From NCBI GenBank assembly GCA_037130015.1, contig JBAXTU010000004.1, forward strand, positions 1 to 59,154: a stretch of DNA of 59,154 nucleotides. Direction: 5' to 3'. The DNA is from a bacterium. Its GTDB lineage: Bacteria; Patescibacteriota; Patescibacteriia; 2-01-FULL-39-33. Below are positions 1-10,466 of this stretch, piece by piece. Numbering within the stretch: the stretch's first letter is position 1; every line of letters begins with the position of its first letter. Under the pieces are notes generated by a model. The model was not told the DNA's origin. It saw only the letters and a program-made list of their open reading frames with translations, and did not search any database. Position numbers and translations under genes: made by a program.

Positions 1-624
1 GATATAATATTCATTGATTAACTCTAAAAATATCTTCTCTAAAGCGTCTTTTTCGAATTTAGCTTTTTCGGCATCGGTCTTAGTCCAATATTTCTGATAA
101 TTTTCCAACCATTTGTATAAGGCAATATCACCATCGCCGATTACTTTTAAAGGAAAAAGTTTTCTACTGAACTGCTTTTCTTCATCAGAAATTAAGGAAT
201 TAGCTGACCGACCATAATCATAAATGAAAGCATCTTCATTATTGCCATCAAGCAATTTCTCTAAATCAATGAAAAATAGATATCTTGATTTTCTTCTGGG
301 AAAATTCATGTCCGGAGCAAAAAAAGCATAATATAAAGCACTCAAGCGTTGCTGGCCGTCCAAAACTATATGTTCGTATTTCGGCTCATCTTTATAGCCA
401 TAGATTGGCTCGCATTTCAAAAATGATTGATTGGTCTTGGTGGCACGCCAGAGAAGCAATGTCCCAACATAATAATCTTCAAAAATAGACCTGATTAATC
501 CATTAACATCATTGGCTCCCCACTCAAACTCTCGTTGAAAAGACGGTATCGCATAGATGCCCTTTTTTAAATTATTCCTAAGTTCAGCAAGATGAACCTT
601 ATCCAGTTTTTCTATGTTTTTCAT
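1..624 (-). CDS. DUF262 (GmrS-like, ParB/Srx fold) protein, 3' end outside the window
   Basis: Not in ORF track. ATG at 624 opens a frame to the window edge: MKNIEKLDKVHL...IPSFQREFEW...SIFEDYYVGTLLLW...VLDGQQRLSAL, with the QR and DGQQR motifs of DUF262. Confidence 0.85.
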   Translation of the reverse strand, partial: MKNIEKLDKVHLAELRNNLKKGIYAIPSFQREFEWGANDVNGLIRSIFEDYYVGTLLLWRATKTNQSFLKCEPIYGYKDEPKYEHIVLDGQQRLSALYYAFFAPDMNFPRRKSRYLFFIDLEKLLDGNNEDAFIYDYGRSANSLISDEEKQFSRKLFPLKVIGDGDIALYKWLENYQKYWTKTDAEKAKFEKDALEKIFLELINEYYI

Positions 625-643
625 ATTTTATTATGAATTTATA

Positions 644-967
644 TTATTTAACATCATTTAACTTCTTCTTCCTCGCCTCATGATCTGGCATATGAGCCTC
701 CATCAGACTTTTCCAGAGTTTGCTATGATTTGGCACAAAATAATGCAGGAGTTCATGGAGAATTACGTACTCTCCCAGCGACTTCTCCATTCCTAGCAAT
801 TCAAGATTAAAAGAGAAATAACCTTTAGTGGAACAACTGGCCCATTTCCGTGCCATCGGACGAATACTGACTTGTTTTACCTTCACTTTCACTTTATTAG
901 CCAACAAATATACCTCCTCCTTGAAATCTCTTTTGGACTCCCAGGTTTTTATTTGTTTTTTAGTCAT
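644..967 (-). CDS. M48/YgjP-like (DUF45) zinc metallopeptidase-fold protein, short form
   Basis: KWASCS, YVILHELLH (HExxH) and NHSKLW motifs; typical position after hsdR; 4-nt overlap with hsdR. Confidence 0.85.
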   Translation of the reverse strand: MTKKQIKTWESKRDFKEEVYLLANKVKVKVKQVSIRPMARKWASCSTKGYFSFNLELLGMEKSLGEYVILHELLHYFVPNHSKLWKSLMEAHMPDHEARKKKLNDVK

Positions 968-3855
968 AGTTTAGTTTGTGATAGGGTTTCAATTATTTTA
1001 TCAGTTATTTTCTTTTGCTCGGACAAAGAAATTCCCAGGGCCTCCAGCCGATCATAGAGATCATTGCGCATATCCCTGGTCAACTTCTCACTAATTGCAA
1101 ACTCCGGATATTGATCGATAATGTTTTCTAAATCATGGACAGCAGGCATGTCCATTACTTTTTCCTGCTCTAAGACATCGCGAATAAACCAGGCGACACT
1201 AGAAATTCCTTGCTTCTTCTGCTCCTTCTGCCGATTAACCTCTTGCTCTGACAATTCCAAAAGCTGCCTTAATGCTTCTTGCGTAGTAGTCTGTCTGTCG
1301 GCGTAAGAATCCATAATACTCTCTGCTCGCTCTTTGACTGAAATTAGAACCGGATCATTAGACTTCTCCTCGGCCAGTCTCTGAATACTCTTAATCAAGT
1401 TAATGATCTTAACTTCATCTGGCTGATTCTTGGCTTTAATCGCCTCAATACCTTTGGCGTCAATCTTATATAATTCTCCGCTCAGCTTAATTGGCGTACT
1501 CTGGATTTGCTCCTGCACCAACTCGGCTGTCTTCTTTTGAAACTCTCGGTCAATAGACACTTGCTTACTAAAAGCATTTCTAACCACTTGATACATGGCT
1601 GATAAAGTGGAGTAGTCGTCAACGTAAGGTCTTAGGAATGGGTCAGGTGAAATAATCTCATAAAGCATCTCTATCTCATTGTACAGCTTGAAGAAGGCTT
1701 TCCGTTTCTCTTCATCTCGAAAGTGATCAATTAATGATCCGGCTAAGCGATCATCAAAGGGACCAACTAGCAATTTGAAATATGGTTTAGCCTCCACCGT
1801 CAACTTATCTTCAAAACGGTTCTTAAGCAAAGCCAAATCCTTCACGATAGCGTTAATCTCATCACTGTCAAAAGATAATGCCTTCTCCAACTTATCGAAA
1901 ATACCAACGAAATCCAAAATGAAACCATGGGGCTTAACCATTTTCATCTCAGCATTCTCATATGGTCGATTAACGCGGGCGATGGTCTGAAGTAAGGTAT
2001 GATCTCTAAGCGGTTTATCCAAATACATGCAGTAAAGAATCGGTGCATCATAGCCGGTTAAGAGCTTTTCAGTGACGATAAGAATCTTAGGAGTAGTGCC
2101 GAATTTAGCGAAGTCTCGTCTAATCTCCCTTTCCTTCTGCTCATCGTGAGTGAATTCTTTTAATAACTGAGAATCATTGTTATTACCAGTATAAACAACC
2201 TCCGTCCAATCTTTCGGCAGATACTTATCTAATTCTTTCTTGTATAAGGCACAAGCTTCCCGATCCACTGCCACCAGAAATGCCTTGTAGTTCATGGGGT
2301 CAATATGCTCCTTGAAATGCTCCGCCACAAACTTGGCCACTTTCTCAATGCGACCCTGACCCTTTAAGAAATTCCTAGTATTAACTGCTCGCTCTAAGAC
2401 AGCATTAAGCTCTTCAATATCAGTGACGCCATGCTCTTCGGCCAGATTTAAAAATTCACGCTCTAAAGTTTCTTTCGGTACCAACATTTCATTAGGCGCC
2501 AAAGAATAATACAAAGGTAAAGTGGTACCATCCTCAATGCTCTCGCCGATGCTATACTTGTGTAAATAACCCTTCTTGTCATGAACGCCAAAGGTTTTAA
2601 ATGTTCCTTTGCCATGCTGAATCTTATCAACTGGCGTGCCTGTATAGCCTATGAAAGTAGCATTAGGCATGGCAGCCATAACAAAAATACCCAAGTCGCC
2701 GCCAGTGGTTCTGTGTGCCTCATCAATCAGGACATAAATATTCTTGCGTTTATTGAGATCAGCCGGCAATCCTCTAAATTTATGGATCATGGTGACGACA
2801 ATACCGCGATAATCAGTTTTTAGTATTTTAACCAAGTCATCAATGGTCTCGGCTTTACGAACATTCTCTAAGCCAGCTGCGCGCAAGTTAGTTTCCATTT
2901 GTCCCTCTAGCTCATTGCGGTCAAGCATAATAACCACAGTCGGCTTGTCAGCTTCATTTGATTTAAATAGCAGTTCGGCTGTCTTAATCATAGTATAAGT
3001 CTTGCCACTTCCTTGAGTATGCCACACCAACCCCTTAGTAGCATTCTCATCCAGCGCCCGCTCCAATACTGCTTCAACAGCAACGGCTTGATGCTCACGC
3101 AAAACTAATTTAGATAACTGTTCGTCCTTCTCGATGAACATGATATATTTTTCAATCAGATTCAAAACATGACCAACATCAAAGAAGGTCTTAATCTTAT
3201 TCTCCAAATCACCAACTTTATCACCCTTCCAAGCAAAGATATTGCGCTTGATTGTATTCCAAGTAACGCCATACTCCAATCTCATGCCTTCAGTAACCGT
3301 AAAAGCCTGCTCGACTGCCAATAGTCCCGGCGACTCTTGATGATATCTTCTGATCTGATCCAGCGCCTTATCAATTCCTTCCTTAGTGGTAAGATTCTTA
3401 CACTCAACACTAATAACTGGAATGCCGTTAATTAAAAATACAATGTCCTGGCGGTTAGTGCCTCGTCCGCTGAAATAACTGTATTCATCCGTGACTTCAA
3501 AAACATTATTTTCCGGCTGAGTAAAATCGACCACCTTAACATTACGCTCCCGTTTCTCTTTAGGATCATAGGCAGTGCTCTGACCTCGCAAGAATAACAA
3601 AACATCACGATTTCCTTCGATGCGTGGGGAGAAATTAGGGAGCTTGTAGTCAGCAGGAAGCCAAGGATTGAATTCTAACAATTTAGACATCAAAAGACTG
3701 CGATAGTAAATCTCGCTTTTGTATGATTCTTCATTGCCACGCCTAAGATCGCTGTCTTGTCTGGGAATATATTGCCAAACAGGTTTCTTGCCAGACTTCT
3801 TAGTGGCATAGACTATAATCCTCTGTTGGACTGATTTTGCTTCAGTTGGTTTCAT
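964..3855 (-). CDS. hsdR: Type I restriction enzyme R subunit
   Basis: Nuclease motif QDIVFLINGIPVISVECK, Walker A HTQGSGKT, DEAH box, TGTP, LLTGYDAP, QTIARVNR. Confidence 0.95.
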   Translation of the reverse strand: MKPTEAKSVQQRIIVYATKKSGKKPVWQYIPRQDSDLRRGNEESYKSEIYYRSLLMSKLLEFNPWLPADYKLPNFSPRIEGNRDVLLFLRGQSTAYDPKEKRERNVKVVDFTQPENNVFEVTDEYSYFSGRGTNRQDIVFLINGIPVISVECKNLTTKEGIDKALDQIRRYHQESPGLLAVEQAFTVTEGMRLEYGVTWNTIKRNIFAWKGDKVGDLENKIKTFFDVGHVLNLIEKYIMFIEKDEQLSKLVLREHQAVAVEAVLERALDENATKGLVWHTQGSGKTYTMIKTAELLFKSNEADKPTVVIMLDRNELEGQMETNLRAAGLENVRKAETIDDLVKILKTDYRGIVVTMIHKFRGLPADLNKRKNIYVLIDEAHRTTGGDLGIFVMAAMPNATFIGYTGTPVDKIQHGKGTFKTFGVHDKKGYLHKYSIGESIEDGTTLPLYYSLAPNEMLVPKETLEREFLNLAEEHGVTDIEELNAVLERAVNTRNFLKGQGRIEKVAKFVAEHFKEHIDPMNYKAFLVAVDREACALYKKELDKYLPKDWTEVVYTGNNNDSQLLKEFTHDEQKEREIRRDFAKFGTTPKILIVTEKLLTGYDAPILYCMYLDKPLRDHTLLQTIARVNRPYENAEMKMVKPHGFILDFVGIFDKLEKALSFDSDEINAIVKDLALLKNRFEDKLTVEAKPYFKLLVGPFDDRLAGSLIDHFRDEEKRKAFFKLYNEIEMLYEIISPDPFLRPYVDDYSTLSAMYQVVRNAFSKQVSIDREFQKKTAELVQEQIQSTPIKLSGELYKIDAKGIEAIKAKNQPDEVKIINLIKSIQRLAEEKSNDPVLISVKERAESIMDSYADRQTTTQEALRQLLELSEQEVNRQKEQKKQGISSVAWFIRDVLEQEKVMDMPAVHDLENIIDQYPEFAISEKLTRDMRNDLYDRLEALGISLSEQKKITDKIIETLSQTKL

Positions 3856-3864
3856 AATTTTATT

Positions 3865-6741
3865 TTAATTCTCAGGAAAATTATATTTCTGCTCACGCTT
3901 CTGAAACGCCTCTTTGCCACCTTCAAGAATCTCACATACATGCTGCCGTATGCCCTTACGATTAAGAATTGCTGGTTCTTGTACTGGGTCCAAATCGAAA
4001 CTATTTTCAAGAGATCCAGAAGCATATTCAAATCTGAACTTCTTATTATCTCGACCAATTTCTTGGCCAGACTGATTAGCAACGATTGTCTCTTCTGCGT
4101 CAGCACCAACTACCAAATTCGGATTATGAGTTACGATAATAATTTGTCTTTGTAATTTTTTATCCTTCAAATACTTAACCAAGTCATCATATACCGAACG
4201 ATTATCTAGATCATCTTCAGGTTGATCAAGTAAAATTGGCCACTCTCCATTACTTAAGTTGATGAGTAATTGGAGCAGAACCAAACCTTTCTTGCCGGGC
4301 GACATCTTATCCAGCGGATCATTCTTATAGAAGATTCTAAAATCCAAATGAAAATAATTTTCCATCAACTTAATAATGGCATCTTTAACTGGTCTATTTT
4401 TTATGGTATTAATTGAACCATCAAGTAGACCGTTAAATACAGTGACCATATTCGCTACATGTTTTGTCTGATCATATTTATAGACAAATTCTTCTCCCCA
4501 TTCAGCTTCAACAATAATGCGCTTAAGATCATTTTTATTTATAAACTCCTTAACTACTCCTGAATTGAAAACGGTTTCATTAAAACCAACATGAACTCCC
4601 AAATTAATATCTGCGAATTTACTCTCAAACTTCTTGAACTCATTTCTTAGGCCATCGTATTTGGTTATTATTCCTCTATATAAATCGATGATATTGTCAG
4701 CTCTTTTTTGATAGGAAACCTTCTTCGTCTTCAGATTATTCTTTTTGATAATAATCTCATTGAGCTTCTGTTGTTCGACTTTAATTGCATCGGCCTTCCC
4801 CTTAAGTTCTGATTCTAACTTAACTTTAGTGAGTAAAGGTGCTAATTCTGATTTAATTTTTATCAATTCAGTATTATGAGTTTTGATTTTATCATCGACT
4901 AGAGCGCTTAAATTATTTGTTGCAGTTTTTAGGCCCGGAGAAAATGAATCTACGATCTTCAATTCTGTCTGAAATTTTGCCTTAACATCGGAGTTGTTAA
5001 TATACTCCTGATATTCATCAACCGTACCACGGAGATCGGCAACAATTGAGGTAATACTACCTCCAAAAGTTTTTATAGTCCTCTTATCTTCTTCTAGATT
5101 AGAAATCTGAATTACTATTTCCTTTTCTCTGGCTGTCAGATCCTCATATTGTCTAAGCTCCTCAGTCGTTAGTCCTGATTTTGCTTTTATGGCGTCAACC
5201 TGCCCTTGAAGCGTCTGTACATAGCTCTCAATGCCCTTCTCATCGCCGGTTCGTTTCAAATCTTCTTCAGTCTTTTTGATATCCTCACGGTCAGAAAATA
5301 ATTCACCAATCTCCGTCGAAATTGACTTAGCGTCGGTCTTTACCTCTGCGATAATATCGACATACTTGTTTCTAACTTCGTCATCTTGAATAATTACATC
5401 AAAAACGAATTCATTAAGAGTTTTACGGCTATTAACATTCGACTCTGACAACACATTTAAATATTTCTGTGGTATATAGAGAATTTTTCTCTCCCTTGAT
5501 TCATCTTCCGGAGCTCCCTCTGGCATTTTCAATAGATTACTTTGGCCATCTTTCCATGTTACCTCAAAATTAAAATCGGCTGACAAGTCAAAATCATATT
5601 TTAATGACATGCTATCACCAAGACGATTTTCAACTTCTTGCTGATCAATGGTTTTGGCTATGTAATAGAGCAAGAGAGATTTGCCAGTTGATTTACCACC
5701 GATGATTGTCGTCAAATTTTGGTTAACTTCTATTGCTTCACTATTAAACTTTGCATCGACTGTATTATCAAGAAAACGAACCTTATCTATAATGTAGTAT
5801 GATTTCTTATCGCCAGGTTTCTGCGGACCGACAAAGATGCGTTGCTCCGACTCATATACTAGTTGCTTCAGACCCTCAAAAGTCGGATCGGCTTTAATCC
5901 ACAAATAGTTGCCGTCACTATCGCATCGACCATAATTATGCAACGACCTGCCGTCTGAGCTAATATGGGTACAAAACTTTGAGGTGAGCGCCAAATTTGT
6001 TTTTATATATTCAGATACGGCCACGGATGCACTATGATTTTGTGATTGTAATATATTAACTTTCTGATAATTAAAGATATCCGCTAAATGAGTTCGATCC
6101 GTAGCTGTCCGTTCCTGAAATAAGCCATTACTACTATTGCAATGCGGGTAGATGATTATTCCTCCATTTTTCTTAACCTCATTAATAATCTCCTTGATAT
6201 CCGTGCTGGTTGTAGTCAATACGCCACTTCCATTAGTGCGATTGTTAATATTGAACTTCATCAAGAATGCTTGGATGCCTTCGGAAAATGTTTCCTTCTG
6301 ATAAAGTTTTTCTGAAAAAAATAGTAACATGTGTATACCAGTACAGTTTATCTCAACACCTGGAATAATTTTGCACTGCGACTTTTCAGCATATTCAATA
6401 AAGGTGTCAAGTAAATATTCATCAAAATAATTATGATCCGTGATGCCGACACATTTCAAATCCGGATTGAAGGTGTCCAAAAAAGCAAAATAATTTCTAA
6501 CATAATTAAGACATCTCTCCTTTTTAGCTATAGTTGCATCATTAAAATATGCTTTTGAGTCAAACCTTAAAGCATTCTCTTCGCCTCCGACTTTCGCTAT
6601 ATATTGTTGCCAGCCACTGAGATTTGATGATTTTATTTCTTCAAAATAATCACCGAGTGTAATATAATCATCATCTAGAATGGTCTGCGTTTGCAAATCC
6701 CATATACGCCACTCAGATCCTTTCGGGTATATATTATTCAT
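3865..6741 (-). CDS. PHP domain + coiled-coil ABC/SMC-type ATPase (TrlF/Ppl-like), putative defence protein
   Basis: N-terminal GSEWRIWDL, ITDHN, GVEI, WIKADPTFEGL; Walker A GGKSTGKS; long coiled coil; MSPG signature, LLDQPEDDLD, VTHN. Confidence 0.85.
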   Translation of the reverse strand: MNNIYPKGSEWRIWDLQTQTILDDDYITLGDYFEEIKSSNLSGWQQYIAKVGGEENALRFDSKAYFNDATIAKKERCLNYVRNYFAFLDTFNPDLKCVGITDHNYFDEYLLDTFIEYAEKSQCKIIPGVEINCTGIHMLLFFSEKLYQKETFSEGIQAFLMKFNINNRTNGSGVLTTTSTDIKEIINEVKKNGGIIIYPHCNSSNGLFQERTATDRTHLADIFNYQKVNILQSQNHSASVAVSEYIKTNLALTSKFCTHISSDGRSLHNYGRCDSDGNYLWIKADPTFEGLKQLVYESEQRIFVGPQKPGDKKSYYIIDKVRFLDNTVDAKFNSEAIEVNQNLTTIIGGKSTGKSLLLYYIAKTIDQQEVENRLGDSMSLKYDFDLSADFNFEVTWKDGQSNLLKMPEGAPEDESRERKILYIPQKYLNVLSESNVNSRKTLNEFVFDVIIQDDEVRNKYVDIIAEVKTDAKSISTEIGELFSDREDIKKTEEDLKRTGDEKGIESYVQTLQGQVDAIKAKSGLTTEELRQYEDLTAREKEIVIQISNLEEDKRTIKTFGGSITSIVADLRGTVDEYQEYINNSDVKAKFQTELKIVDSFSPGLKTATNNLSALVDDKIKTHNTELIKIKSELAPLLTKVKLESELKGKADAIKVEQQKLNEIIIKKNNLKTKKVSYQKRADNIIDLYRGIITKYDGLRNEFKKFESKFADINLGVHVGFNETVFNSGVVKEFINKNDLKRIIVEAEWGEEFVYKYDQTKHVANMVTVFNGLLDGSINTIKNRPVKDAIIKLMENYFHLDFRIFYKNDPLDKMSPGKKGLVLLQLLINLSNGEWPILLDQPEDDLDNRSVYDDLVKYLKDKKLQRQIIIVTHNPNLVVGADAEETIVANQSGQEIGRDNKKFRFEYASGSLENSFDLDPVQEPAILNRKGIRQHVCEILEGGKEAFQKREQKYNFPEN

Positions 6742-7996
6742 AATTGTTTAATTTAACTCTCCTTTCTCCACTCATTAATTCATGAAGTAAAGTTTCAAAT
6801 AAATTATCATAAGCTAGCAACTTTTCTTGAACTGATTCAATTCTGCGATCGATTACCATAAAAACTTCGGCTATCTTCTTTTGTTCTTCATATGCCGGAA
6901 ACGGAATTAAAATCTTCTCAAGAACCGACTTACTCAAACGCTGTCTGCCAGTAGTGCCTTCCATTTTTCCAGCCAATCTTTGCCGAATATCATTTTTCAG
7001 TAAATAATAGAATAGATAAACAATTGAGCTCCTATCTTTGATCTCCTTGATGGGAATAACTTCGGTTGTAGCATAAGCAAATTTATTGTTTATATTTAAA
7101 ATCGCTTGTTTGCCATTTTCAAAAGACGGGGTAATCTTTGCTAACAACAAATCACCGTTCTCGACATACGTTCCGCTGGTTATTTTATCTGCCGACTTTT
7201 CTAAAAAATTAGACACATTCATTTGGCCTATCGGGATATTGTCCATCGTTATAAATGGGATTAATCCGTCAACTACTATTCCCTTAGGTTTTTTTGTAAA
7301 TTCATAAACACTGCCCAACTCAACCAGTTCCCAACTCTCCGGAATCTCACCTATCTCCGTCATCTTAGTCTTCTCTCCTTTGACGCCATGAGTAAAGAGA
7401 TGTTGCATCATGCTTTGCTTCAACTCCCTCAGCTTGACGATTAATTCTTCCTGACCGGCGATAGCCTCCTGCGTTATTGTAAGTATACTTGCGATTGATT
7501 TCTGTTCTGATAGTGGTGGAATATTTAATTCAAGATTTTTTAATTTTGCCTGATTAATCGAACTTTGATTTACGGCCCTTGATGCTATTTTAATAAAAAC
7601 ACCATTATTTCGTAAATATTTGAAAATTAACTGTAAAAAATTTGAGTCAACAATTTCAGTGTTTGCCTTTAGAAGTAATAAATTCATGCCATGCAAAACA
7701 TCTTCATAATCTCGATTTACTAAAACTGTTTTTCCCAGATGCACATCACTATTAATGTGGCTAAATAAAATATCATTCTTTCTTAGTTTGAATTTTTCAA
7801 TCTTATCTATTGGTAGATTGTCAGCAAACTGAACTCTATTTAAATCCAAAAATTCATGGCCGATTGTTTCAATCCTAGTAATTTTATATTCTCCATTTAC
7901 TTTCTTTTGTTTGTCTTGAATTCCATTTCTAATAACTGCTAGGCATTTACCTAGTTTAATAGTTTTCCATCCTTTTATTGTTGGCTCTATAGTCAT
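6734..7996 (-). CDS. hsdS: Type I R-M specificity subunit
   Basis: Two TRDs with conserved repeats PPLSEQKSIA and PAYEEQKKIA, and EIGEIPESW linker. Confidence 0.95.
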   Translation of the reverse strand: MTIEPTIKGWKTIKLGKCLAVIRNGIQDKQKKVNGEYKITRIETIGHEFLDLNRVQFADNLPIDKIEKFKLRKNDILFSHINSDVHLGKTVLVNRDYEDVLHGMNLLLLKANTEIVDSNFLQLIFKYLRNNGVFIKIASRAVNQSSINQAKLKNLELNIPPLSEQKSIASILTITQEAIAGQEELIVKLRELKQSMMQHLFTHGVKGEKTKMTEIGEIPESWELVELGSVYEFTKKPKGIVVDGLIPFITMDNIPIGQMNVSNFLEKSADKITSGTYVENGDLLLAKITPSFENGKQAILNINNKFAYATTEVIPIKEIKDRSSIVYLFYYLLKNDIRQRLAGKMEGTTGRQRLSKSVLEKILIPFPAYEEQKKIAEVFMVIDRRIESVQEKLLAYDNLFETLLHELMSGERRVKLNNYE

Positions 7997-7997
7997 A

Positions 7998-9569
7998 TTA
8001 AAATCCTAACTCATTCAATACTTTTTTTAAATTATTATCTGTCTCCTTAGCTTTAATCTCAACCTCAGCCAATTCAACCAAAATATCTTCCACTGGCTTA
8101 TACTGCTCTGCATCACCAATATGGATATAGCGAGATGGCGAGATATTATAATCATTTTTTGCCACTTCTTCCTTGTCTATAAACAAACTGAAATTATCTG
8201 CCACTTTTTTGGTGGTATAAACATCAGCGATCTTCTTGATTTGATCATCGTCTATGTAATTCTTGGGATCGCCTTTGATAAATTCCTTGCTAGCATTGAT
8301 CAAAAATATCTTGTCTTTGAGCTTAGCCGGTTTGTTTTTATTCAAAAATATAATAATGCCAGGTGCAGTGGTATTGTAGAATAAATTTTCCGGCAAATAG
8401 ATAACACCTTCAATTATGTCCTGATCAACAAACCATTTGCGAACTTCTTTTTCTTTATTCGTATTAGCATTGCCACTGCCACGAGAAGCGGCGCCAGTGT
8501 CAAGTACGATAGCTGCTCGGCCGTTATCATTTAAACTGGAAAGAATATGCTGAGCCCAGCCCCAATCAGCTTTACCGCCAGGGTTACCTCCAGGAAAACG
8601 GTGATAAGCGTCATTGGTATAGAGTTCTTCACTAAAGTCTGGCTGGTTCCACATTGGATTGGCAACCGCTCGATCAAACTTCTTGATGCCATGACCAGTT
8701 GAATCCTTAAACTTGGGATTATTGAAAGTATCACCCAACTCAATATCTCCTTCCATGTCGTGGATAATCATGTTCATCTTAGCCATGGCCCAGCTTGTAG
8801 TGGTATATTCTTGGCCATACAGACGAAGCGGAGCAAAAGTCTTCTTGCCTAGTTTGTCCTGTTTCTCTTTAAGAGCTAATTCGCATTTGATAAGTAGACC
8901 GGCACTACCGCAGGCAGGATCATAGACTTCCATGCCTGGCTCAGCATCCATAATATAAGCCATAATCATACCAACCTCGCGCGGTGTGTAGTATTCTCCG
9001 GCTGACTGGCCTGAGCCCTCAGCGAACTTACGGATAAGATATTCATAACTGCGACCGATAATATCCGGTTCTACATCATTCAAACCCAAACGCTTCTGAC
9101 TGATAGCTTCGATAAGGTTAGACAAACGATTATCATCGATTTCTCTTTGGCCTCTGGTAGTAGCATTATAGTCAATCGTATCTATCACACCATCCAGCAC
9201 AGTATTGTCAGCGGCGATTTCTCTAATAATTCTAGTTAATTCTTCGCCAATATTATTTGAAAGTGAACGAATTACACTCCATGAGTCTTGAGTTTCTGGG
9301 TCTTTAGCTTTTAGGGGAATATAAAAACGGACGCGCGAGTGATCGGCGTCGATTCGTTTTAAGGCTTCAGCCCGAGATCCGGCATTTTGGGCAATACGGT
9401 TAACTTCATCATCAAAGACATCACATAAACGTTTAACAAAGATCAGAGGCAGGATATAGTCTTTGAATTTGCCAGCATCCTTGGCTCCACGGATAGCACA
9501 AGCGGCATCCCAAATCCATTGTTCTAGGGACTTAACATGATAGGTCATTGGTTTGGAAATTTTAGGCAT
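7998..9569 (-). CDS. hsdM: Type I R-M N6-adenine methyltransferase M subunit
   Basis: HsdM N-domain (IWDAACAIRG), GEYYTP, motif I YDPACGSAG, motif IV variant ANPMW. Confidence 0.95.
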   Translation of the reverse strand: MPKISKPMTYHVKSLEQWIWDAACAIRGAKDAGKFKDYILPLIFVKRLCDVFDDEVNRIAQNAGSRAEALKRIDADHSRVRFYIPLKAKDPETQDSWSVIRSLSNNIGEELTRIIREIAADNTVLDGVIDTIDYNATTRGQREIDDNRLSNLIEAISQKRLGLNDVEPDIIGRSYEYLIRKFAEGSGQSAGEYYTPREVGMIMAYIMDAEPGMEVYDPACGSAGLLIKCELALKEKQDKLGKKTFAPLRLYGQEYTTTSWAMAKMNMIIHDMEGDIELGDTFNNPKFKDSTGHGIKKFDRAVANPMWNQPDFSEELYTNDAYHRFPGGNPGGKADWGWAQHILSSLNDNGRAAIVLDTGAASRGSGNANTNKEKEVRKWFVDQDIIEGVIYLPENLFYNTTAPGIIIFLNKNKPAKLKDKIFLINASKEFIKGDPKNYIDDDQIKKIADVYTTKKVADNFSLFIDKEEVAKNDYNISPSRYIHIGDAEQYKPVEDILVELAEVEIKAKETDNNLKKVLNELGF

Positions 9570-9603
9570 AAATATTGACTAGTTGAATTGAATAATTGAT
9601 TAT

Positions 9604-9633
9604 ATTTTACTACTTTTTTGGGCTATTTGTCAA
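9604..9633 (-). promoter_or_regulatory. Sigma70-type promoter of the hsd operon
   Basis: TTGACA-N18-TAAAAT on the minus strand, about 35 nt upstream of hsdM. Confidence 0.55.
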
Positions 9634-9679
9634 AAGAACGCCAGTAAGGCGCTCTAATATATTTTGCTATATTTTTCTC

Positions 9680-10456
9680 CTATTGGCACCACTTAATTTG
9701 ATCGTCTCCGGTCTCTAATTTAACCTTCTCCATCACCTCCGGCCAGGTTAATATCTGATCAGCCAATCCGGCATCTATCGCTCTCTGGCCATTGTAGGTC
9801 TCGGCATTTTTTACTTTGGCCATTTGCTCATCTGATAAATTCCGTGAGGTCTTAATCTGATTAAAGAAGATATCGCCTAAATAGTTGGTTTGATCTTGGA
9901 GAACCGCCCGTTCATCTGCTGTCATTTTTCTATCTGGAGTAGCGATATTCTTATATTTCCCAGTAGTAATGGCATCATAAGCTACGCCGTCTTTCTGATT
10001 TTTTACCGTGTTATCATAATGTTCCATAATCACGCCTATACCGCCAACATCTGAGTATGAACCGAGATTGATTTGCTTAATACCGGTTAGAGCAAGAAAA
10101 CAGGAAGAGTAACAGCTGTCTCTGACGTAACTAATGATAGGTTTAGTGGAACTGGCTAAAGCAGACCTAATAGCTTCGCCGCCACTTAGAGAACCACCCT
10201 GGGAATCAAAGCTCACGAATATCGCTTTGACTTGATCATTCTCCTGCGCCAACTTTAATTTCGATAGGAAGTCGTCTGATGAACTAGTGGTAATTTCGTC
10301 AGCAACATCCAATCTAACGGCATTGCAATAAGAATCGCTTTCGCCGGACCAATTCGCTAGCTTGTCGTAGATAATGATAAGAGAAGCCGTCAGAGTTAGG
10401 GTAGCAATAATAGCAATAGAAGCAATCTTTAGAATAGATACAAACTTTAATTTCAT
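9680..10456 (-). CDS. S49 family (SppA-like) membrane-anchored peptidase
   Basis: N-terminal TM helix, DSQGGS, VGGIGV, TGKYK (Lys), GQRAIDAGLADQI. Confidence 0.85.
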   Translation of the reverse strand: MKLKFVSILKIASIAIIATLTLTASLIIIYDKLANWSGESDSYCNAVRLDVADEITTSSSDDFLSKLKLAQENDQVKAIFVSFDSQGGSLSGGEAIRSALASSTKPIISYVRDSCYSSCFLALTGIKQINLGSYSDVGGIGVIMEHYDNTVKNQKDGVAYDAITTGKYKNIATPDRKMTADERAVLQDQTNYLGDIFFNQIKTSRNLSDEQMAKVKNAETYNGQRAIDAGLADQILTWPEVMEKVKLETGDDQIKWCQ

Positions 10457-10466
10457 GAAAATATTA

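Noticed and set aside
8648-8668. HsdM motif IV NPMW as a sign of an inactive methyltransferase
   Set aside because: The catalytic Asn-Pro and the aromatic residue are kept and the rest of the operon is intact, so it is treated as a variant
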